A DNA stretch of 64,000 nucleotides from Eledone cirrhosa (taxonomy: Eukaryota), in assembly GCA_964016885.1 (NCBI GenBank), contig OZ024741.1:308016001-308080000 (forward strand), in the 5' to 3' direction. Under the pieces are notes generated by a model. It was not told where the DNA came from. It saw nothing but the letters and a program-made list of their open reading frames with translations, and did not search any database. Shown in pieces: positions 56,450 to 64,000 of this stretch. Position 1 is the stretch's first letter, and each line of letters opens with the position of its first letter. Position numbers and translations under genes: made by a program.

Positions 56450-57037
56450 GTCAGGTCACCAGTTGGTGCTACTGGTAACATGTATCCCAGTACAACCTGT
56501 CTCATGGTCGGGTCGTTGGCGACTAAACTGGCAACCCCACCAAGGTTTCTTGGTGAGGAGTGTGACTTTGGACATCCTGCAGGACTAAAAACAAAACCTG
56601 TCAAAGGAGCTCTTAAGAGTCAATGGCCATCCAAAATCACCGGGAGAGATGACCCCTTAGCCTTTGTCAAGGCAGAATTCTAGGAGAAGGAAAACTCTGA
56701 TATAACACCTGCAACTCTGATGGTATCTTGTTCTTCTTTTTGGTAAATATCATCTTGGTTAAGAGAGTGGGACTGGCTTTGTGCAGTGCTTTTGCTCACT
56801 ATAAAAGCTTCACGGCACAGGCATTGCTTTATATCTGGAGATCTCTCTGCACTTGTCGTCACATGGTACCATGGGCTCAGCACTATGTGTCAATAATTGT
56901 CACAAGTGTAGTGTTTGTACCAGAGTTTTCAAGTCGCTGGCTGGACTAAAAAGTCACACTCGTTCAGCGCATCGGTAGGAGTTCTCCTACATGGATATAA
57001 AGTAGTGGCCGTACTCGAAAACGAGTTGGCAGCCACC
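56450..57037 (+). mobile_element. Bipartite RTE-derived element, apparently full length (~590 bp)
   Basis: Structured head, ctaggagaaggaaaactctgat motif, C2H2-like remnant CSVCTRVFKSLAGLKSHTRSAH, 3' stem-loop and (ATGT)n. Confidence 0.85.
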
Positions 57038-57083
57038 ATGTATGTATGTATGTATGTATGTATGTATGTATGTATGTATGTAT

Positions 57084-57482
57084 GTCATCTCTCCCATTTG
57101 TCAAGGCAGAATTCTAGGAGAAGGAAAACTCTGATATAACACCTGCAACCCTGATGGTATCCAATGATGTTGACTTGTTCTTCTTTTTGGTAAATATCAT
57201 CTTGGTTAAGAGAGTGGGACTGGCTTTGTGCAGTGCCTTTGATCACTATAAAAGCTTCACGGCACAGGCATTGCTTTATATCTGGAGATCTCTGCACTTG
57301 TCGTCACATGGTACCATGGGTCCAGCACTATGTGTCAATAATTGTCACAAGTGTAGTGTTTGTACCAGAGTTTTCAAGTCGCTGGCTGGACTAAAAAGTC
57401 ACACTCGTTCAGAGCATCGGTAGGGGTTCTCCTACATGGATATAAAGTAGTGGCCGTACTCGAAAACGAGTTGGCAGCCACC
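57084..57482 (+). mobile_element. Bipartite RTE-derived element, 5'-truncated with a short 5' inversion
   Basis: Near-identical to 56663-57037; starts with gtcatctctccc, the reverse complement of gggagagatgac. Confidence 0.85.
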
Positions 57483-57499
57483 ATGTATGTATATATGTA

Positions 57500-57875
57500 T
57501 AAGGGGCGGAAGAACTCATAAGAGTCAACGGCCATCCAAAAGTGTGTAAATATGTATATACACATGTACCGCGCGGTTAAACCACTGGGAGTGAAGGACC
57601 CCTAGCCTTTGTCAGGGCATTCTTCTAGGAGAAGGCAACTCAGGAAACTGGGATAACTCCGATATAAAACTTGCGGTTCAGTACTTACCGATGATGTTGT
57701 TCTTTTCTTCTTTTCGGGTTATAGCTACTGTCGCTCAGAGAGTGGGATTGGCTCAGTGCACAGTCTTTCCTCACTTTAAAAAATATCTTCACTCACAGGC
57801 ACTGCACGATAGAATTAGTTAATAATGGTATATCGTGCAATGGCCATACTCGATAACGAGGGGGCAGCCATCACG
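57500..57875 (+). mobile_element. Older diverged subfamily of the bipartite RTE-derived element
   Basis: gagtcaacggccatccaaa, tagcctttgtcagggca..ctaggagaagg, 3' ggccatactcgataacgagggggcagcc. Confidence 0.7.
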
Positions 57876-58699
57876 TATGTATCTATGTACGTATACATGC
57901 ATGTATTATGTATATATATATATATATATATACATACATACATACATATATACATACATACATATATGCTGTGTATATATATATGTGTGTCTGTGTGTGT
58001 GTGTGTGTGTGCATCGTGTACGTCATTTCAATACACTGCCCAATGACATTGTTATCCAAGTCTATACCACCTGTCACATTGAATTATTTTCTTTCGACTT
58101 CGGAGAGAATAATGTCAAAATGTCTATATATGTTTGTATGCGAATAGGACAATGTTAAGCTAATTACGCCTATCGAGGCAGAAACACATGACCATGGCTG
58201 AAGCTTGCTTCCGGAACAAAGCTCCAGTTGTCCTAGTATGTTAATTCATTGTGAATTTCTTCTTAGTTTGTCTTCCTTTCTCATTCAAAGTTCTAACCAC
58301 ACAAGTTGCTCACTGTATGCACCTGACTGGGATCCGGTAGTAACTGGTGGCCCTATTTTCTGTATCGATAGGTACACTGCAATAAGTTGGTGTAAAGCAA
58401 ACCATCAAATGTTTTATTTGATTCTTCCAGTTTGACATTATCCAAGTGATTAGAATATGTCACTTGATACATGGGACCATATTGTAACCCCATTGAAGAA
58501 ATTCCCTATGAACATACACCAAAGCGATATAAAACTGCAAGGAGTCAACCGAAACAATTACAGTTACCAGAATATGTTAAAACATTGTAGTTATAATATT
58601 TTGAGTGTACCCCACTCCCATTATCAGTTCCCCATTCAGATTTACCGCAACATATCAACCATTATACATATATGCAACCGTATGTTCTTATATATATAT

Positions 58700-58874
<175 letters not shown>

Positions 58875-58981
58875 GTTTGTATTTGTAAAGCCAAAACAAT
58901 GCAGGTATGGATATAGAATATAAATGCAAATGCAAAATATAATGTTGACAATTAGTCTTTTACCTTAAATTTATTTAAATA

Positions 58982-59018
58982 TCCTTAATTTTCGAGATAA
59001 TATCTCTTCTTCAGAGGG
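58982..59018 (-). ncRNA. Minimal hammerhead motif (very short palindromic stem III)
   Basis: ccct-CTGAAGA-a gagat att atctc-GAAA at TA-agg; lies in a ~180-bp unit between two (TA)n tracts. Confidence 0.6.
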
Positions 59019-59044
59019 AAGTAAAGTTGTTAAACCAACGTTCT

Positions 59045-59088
<44 letters not shown>

Positions 59089-59091
<3 letters not shown>

Positions 59092-59818
59092 ACGGTAATG
59101 AACTTCCCGCTCCATTGAGTGTTTTGTGACCGCCTCAAACTATTCGATTAGTATCTGCTATATTGCGGCTACAACTTCGATTCATACCTAATATTATTCT
59201 CCTAGCTTCATGTATCCGATTAATAACGTGTTAGTTATTTTTTGTTTATAAACGCTAGTTGAGAGATTTTATTTGAGGCTGTGGAAATCTCTTTTTTCAC
59301 ATCCTGAATATAACCGCCAATATTTCAGCCTGCTTCACATTCCTCTTTTGAGAAGTGTCACATGAAGACAGGCAAATCTACTACTAAGGTAGAAACTCTG
59401 TCTTTCACCAGACTGAACCTCGGTGGATACATGGAACAAAGCCTGCCCACGAAGGGAACTCCAGTTCCACCGTGGAAATGAACGCATAACTTGCATACGC
59501 ATTATGCAACTCGTGGTGTAGCTTACAGTGTTCCCAGAAACCTATCGAAGATTTTTATCGATTTCTATCGATTCTAATCGACTCCAGAGGGTCCAAGTTA
59601 GTCTTCAACATATTTGTATTTATCCTTGTTGCGGTATAAATATGGCCACTGCTTTTTGGTCGTTTTTATTAGTGTCACACTTTCTTAATTTTGTGGTTAC
59701 CCTGGACGATAATGTATTAACTTCTCGTTCCATTGAGTGCTTTGTAACCGCCTCAAACAACTCGATTATTATCTGCTATATTGTGGCTACAACTTCGATT
59801 CATACCCAATATTATAGA
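59089..59818. repeat. ~110-bp diverged direct repeats with ~615-bp period
   Basis: 59089-59197 resembles 59703-59815. Confidence 0.8.
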
Positions 59819-60445
59819 TAATAGAGAGTGACGAAGAGAAATAGAGGAAGGATCGACTCCAGCATTGGATTGATACATTTTATCGACTACGAAATACAAA
59901 GTTAGCCACGGCAGATTTTGAACTCGGGGCACATAAAGCAGGAAAGAATATCGCGAAGCAGTCGATGTTCTAACAACTCTGGCATTTCGTCACCCTCTAT
60001 AGTTTTCTTTATATATAATTTAATATATATTTTTTTTTTAGTTTATCTTCTAGAAATGTAGCTGTGGTGAACATTATTAGCTAAAGTACTTTAGTAATTT
60101 TGCATTTATCATTAGAACTAACAGTGTAACGACACATTTTCCTGCTTAATGATCACTACTATCACCAGCAACAGTAACAACAACATAGTCCTCTATCGCC
60201 TCCGATGTCAAACAAGTAAAACACGCACTTACACACAGACAGACACACACACAAACACACACACTGACAAAATCATACACACATTAACATACAACAAAAT
60301 AAATAAACGAAAAATAATTCGATGTGGCACGTGCCACGTGACCAGTTATTAACAACGTTTTGCACTAGTGAGCGAAGGAGACGGCCAACGACAGAGAAAG
60401 AGATATATATGTATATATATGTGTGTGTGTGTGGATATATATATA

Positions 60446-60499
<54 letters not shown>

Positions 60500-60829
60500 C
60501 ACTCTCTCTCTCACACACATATATGTATATAATGAAACTGGCCTCATGCTGATATTAATATGGTTTCATTTGCCAAACAAATGAAATACATAAAAACATA
60601 TGATGGTCCAACGTACATGCCTATCAGTCTTTAGTTAATTGGGGAAGACGAGAAAACGTTACGGAAGAGGTGGGGAAGCGAACAGATACGAACAAAAGGA
60701 TATTGCTTCAAAATATTATAATATATTTTATTATAATTGACCCAAACCTGAAACTTCTTCGTCAAGTCGAAAAATTGGTTCACACATATCATTAAACCAA
60801 GAAGATAGAAATCTTGTCAAACTGGATGG

Positions 60830-61410
60830 TGGAATACTAAATCAAGCTGATGGAATTTTTAACGTTTCGGCAGCTGGATGTATTCATCAAAAAAAGGAGC
60901 TTGACATTAAAAAGTTTGGTTTGTAATGAGCAAATGCAAAGTATATGGAAGAGATCTTCTACCCAGAAAAATCAAAGTATTATTCTTCAGAACATCTGTT
61001 GCGTCAGTATTGTTGTATGGATCTGGTGCAAGTACCCAGACACAAGCAGTTGAGAAGAAACTAGATGGTGGTTACACTAATATGCTTAGGGTTGTACAAA
61101 ACATAAACTGGCGTCAATCTATTACAAATTAGAGTTTATAAGGAAACTTACCCAAAATAACAACTACAATTGCTCAAAGATGGTTACGATTTACAGGAAA
61201 TTGCCTGAGAAGTAGGCAGGATATTATACACAAGCTACTATTGTAAAACGAATTCACGGGAGACACAATAGAGGAAGACCTGCTCGAACATTCATCGATC
61301 TACTCTCAAACTATACAAACCTTAGCAGAGAGCAGTTGCCTGGCTCAATGGAAGATCGTGAATTGTGGAGAGACGCTGTAAGGAATGTTCAACTGATGTC
61401 GTAATGATGA
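60830..61410 (+). mobile_element. Decayed RTE/RTEX LINE C-terminal fragment
   Basis: KIKVLFFRTSVASVLLYGS..KKLDGGYTNMLRVVQNINWRQSITN..WLRFTGNC..RGRP. Confidence 0.82.
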
Positions 61411-61939
61411 ATATTTACTACTTTATATTATGTTAATATATGAAATCATGATACTTAAAAGAAAAGGTACTTCGAGAGGAAAGCAAGCGTGCAGTTAATC
61501 AGCCACTTTGGAAGTTTGCCACACACACATACATGTGAGTGTGTGTATGTATGTGTGTGTGAGCGTGCGTATGTCGATTTGTGTGGATGTCTATGTATGT
61601 GTGTGTGTGATGTTATGCTACATTATGTTGCATTTCTTTTATTGTTTTGTAAATCCTGAGGGAATCGCAGGGGCACCGTATTAACATACGACGTTACTAA
61701 GGGATTTGATTAAAACCTGATGAAGCCCAATCTTCTTCAAGTCTGATTACAGCAGTTTTCTTCCTGAAAAGGATAGAGAGGGGGTAAATGAGTGAATGGA
61801 AGTGAGAAAGAGATATAGAGGAAGAGCAGGCCCTAGTACTTTACTGGTACTTTTTGTATCGACATCGAATGGACGAAAGACAAAGTTGATCTCGGCGGAT
61901 TTTGAACTCAATTGAGAGCATTATATTATACTATATATA

Positions 61940-62128
61940 CGATGAATTGGCAGTATCGGTAGAGGGTCGGACGCCATGCTTTGGCGCATAGAGTTACGGC
62001 CCTTGCCGTTCTGAGTTCAAATCCCGCCGAGGTTAACTTTGTCTTTCATCCTTACGGGGTCGATAAAATAAAGTACCAGTAATGTACTGGGTATTTGCTG
62101 GCCTTGTGCCAAATGTAGAAACAATTAT
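61940..62128 (+). mobile_element. SINE family A with TSD
   Basis: Full family A; attatattatactat at 61920-61934 and 62124-62138. Older diverged relatives at ~2545, 16290, 32725, 36255, 41620, 52400, 59850, 61835. Confidence 0.9.
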
Positions 62129-62739
62129 ATTATACTATTCTTTACCATTTCAGATTTGCCAACCTCTAAAAACACATATGGGAAGTGCCATGAAAATAAA
62201 GTGCCCCAAAATGGAGAGAAATGAGACAAAATGTGGAGATTTTATATAATGAAAGCTATACCCATTTCCACAAGAGCAGATATCTCTCACGCACCCCAAA
62301 GGCTATTGCAAATCTCCCCGTTGGGCGGAGGAGTTGACAGGTCTACCATTTCATAATATATTTCATAATGTATTAAGATATGTGTCCTTGAAAGTCTGAC
62401 CGAATAGGCTCGAGCCACAACACGCTCCTCGTTTGCTTTTTACTCATATTGTATCTAGGACTGTGATATCCATTTTGATCTTTTCTTTATGGTTTGTTTT
62501 GAGCGGGATTTAGCGATTATTTCTAACAGATTGAGCGACTGCATAGAGGCACCCTCGTTAGCTCGATTAAGATATATTATAATATCAGGTGTACAGCATG
62601 CATCGCCGGAAGTGAAAGATATCATCCATCTTAATGACATTTCCCACTTGCAGGATTGTGTTTCAAGCGGGGGTTTGTGGTGGTGAAGTATCGAGTTGAT
62701 AACTGAAACACAAAGAACATAAATATTAAATATTATACC

Positions 62740-62890
<151 letters not shown>

Positions 62891-62949
62891 TGTGCGCGTG
62901 CGTGTAAATGTAAGTGGGTTGTGTATTTATGCAGTTATGACTGCATATA

Positions 62950-63056
<107 letters not shown>

Positions 63057-63162
63057 TATATATATAAAACGTTACTGCACTGAATACAGATGAAAATAAA
63101 ATTTCCTGGTATTTTTAGATACATATATATATATATGTATATTCATACACAAACACGCACAT

Positions 63163-63228
<66 letters not shown>

Positions 63229-63236
63229 ATATATAT

Positions 63237-63362
63237 AGTAATAATAATAAATGTGAAGACTAAAATCCGAAGATGGCTCGATAAGGATTATATATATCAA
63301 ATACATAAAATATTCGTATTCGTTGCTTAAACTTTAATCTGTTATCTTAATAAATATATGCA

Positions 63363-63396
<34 letters not shown>

Positions 63397-63425
63397 TTAA
63401 ATAACAGATTAAAGTTTATTATTAT

Positions 63426-63430
<5 letters not shown>
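63237..63430. mobile_element. TIR/palindromic element in (TA)n
   Basis: Ends tagtaataataataaa / tttattattattacta; the left end is shared with 13477-13550. Confidence 0.65.
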
Positions 63431-63481
<51 letters not shown>

Positions 63482-64000
63482 GCACAAACATATAGAGAGC
63501 ACACAACTGTCGATGGAATCTATGCAAACCTTAAGAAAATAAGGGACGGTGTAGTAAATGTTGATCTCTATCACTCTGAATGAAAGTGTGTGCAATTTGA
63601 ATGGGCAAATGCGTCACATACATTGTCACGCTGATTCTACAAGGAATTACAAGTGTTTGTGGAAAGCTCACCTCTTACACTATGCTACAAGTAGTGCCGG
63701 ATTTGGAACAAATGAGGCCCTGTGTTAGTTAATTTATGAGGCCCCTTACTTAGGCCATGACGCAGGTAAACACATTTTGAGGGTAGGAAGATGGACCCTA
63801 CCCTGATCAACGGCACCCTAATCACAATGGTAAATCCTGTTCCTGCTACAAGGTAGGCTAATAATTCAGGGGACCGGCTTGCCACAAGTATCACACGGAA
63901 TCAGCTTGAGAACTATATTAAAGGTACATGTTTGTGGAATACTCGATCATTTACACTTTATATGGGTTCCTAATTTTGACACAAGGCCAACAACTTTGGA

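Noticed and set aside
57154-57423. ORF with a C2H2-like zinc finger as a host gene
   Set aside because: It lies inside a multi-copy RTE-derived element and is a remnant of the LINE C-terminus; frames differ between copies

Overview
This is a repeat-saturated animal genomic segment with no host protein-coding exon I can support. The SINE families and the extreme (TA)/(CA)/(GA)/(TATG) microsatellite load suggest an octopod cephalopod (inference). Nearly all ORFs in the track are microsatellite or satellite artefacts. Real content: a ~12.2-kb G/T-strand-biased 20-bp satellite (18885-31085) with kb-scale higher-order duplications; a TIR-complete but dead mariner; a Tc1 remnant; RTE, CR1 and Tx1/L1 fragments; many tRNA-derived SINEs; a Helitron 3' end; and several palindromic TIR elements in (TA)n. 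Two patterns stand out. (1) At least seven type I hammerhead ribozyme motifs (three look intact), plus degenerate ones, lie in short, sequence-diverse non-coding Penelope-pLTR/retrozyme-like units next to (TA)n tracts. (2) Mobile elements appear partitioned by microsatellite: R4/Dong-type RLE retrotransposons and bipartite RTE-derived elements occupy (TATG)n in fixed, opposite orientations, a Tx1-like LINE sits in (GATA)n, and hammerhead units and TAG-ended palindromic elements sit in (TA)n. All structures were read by eye; no folding or database search was run.
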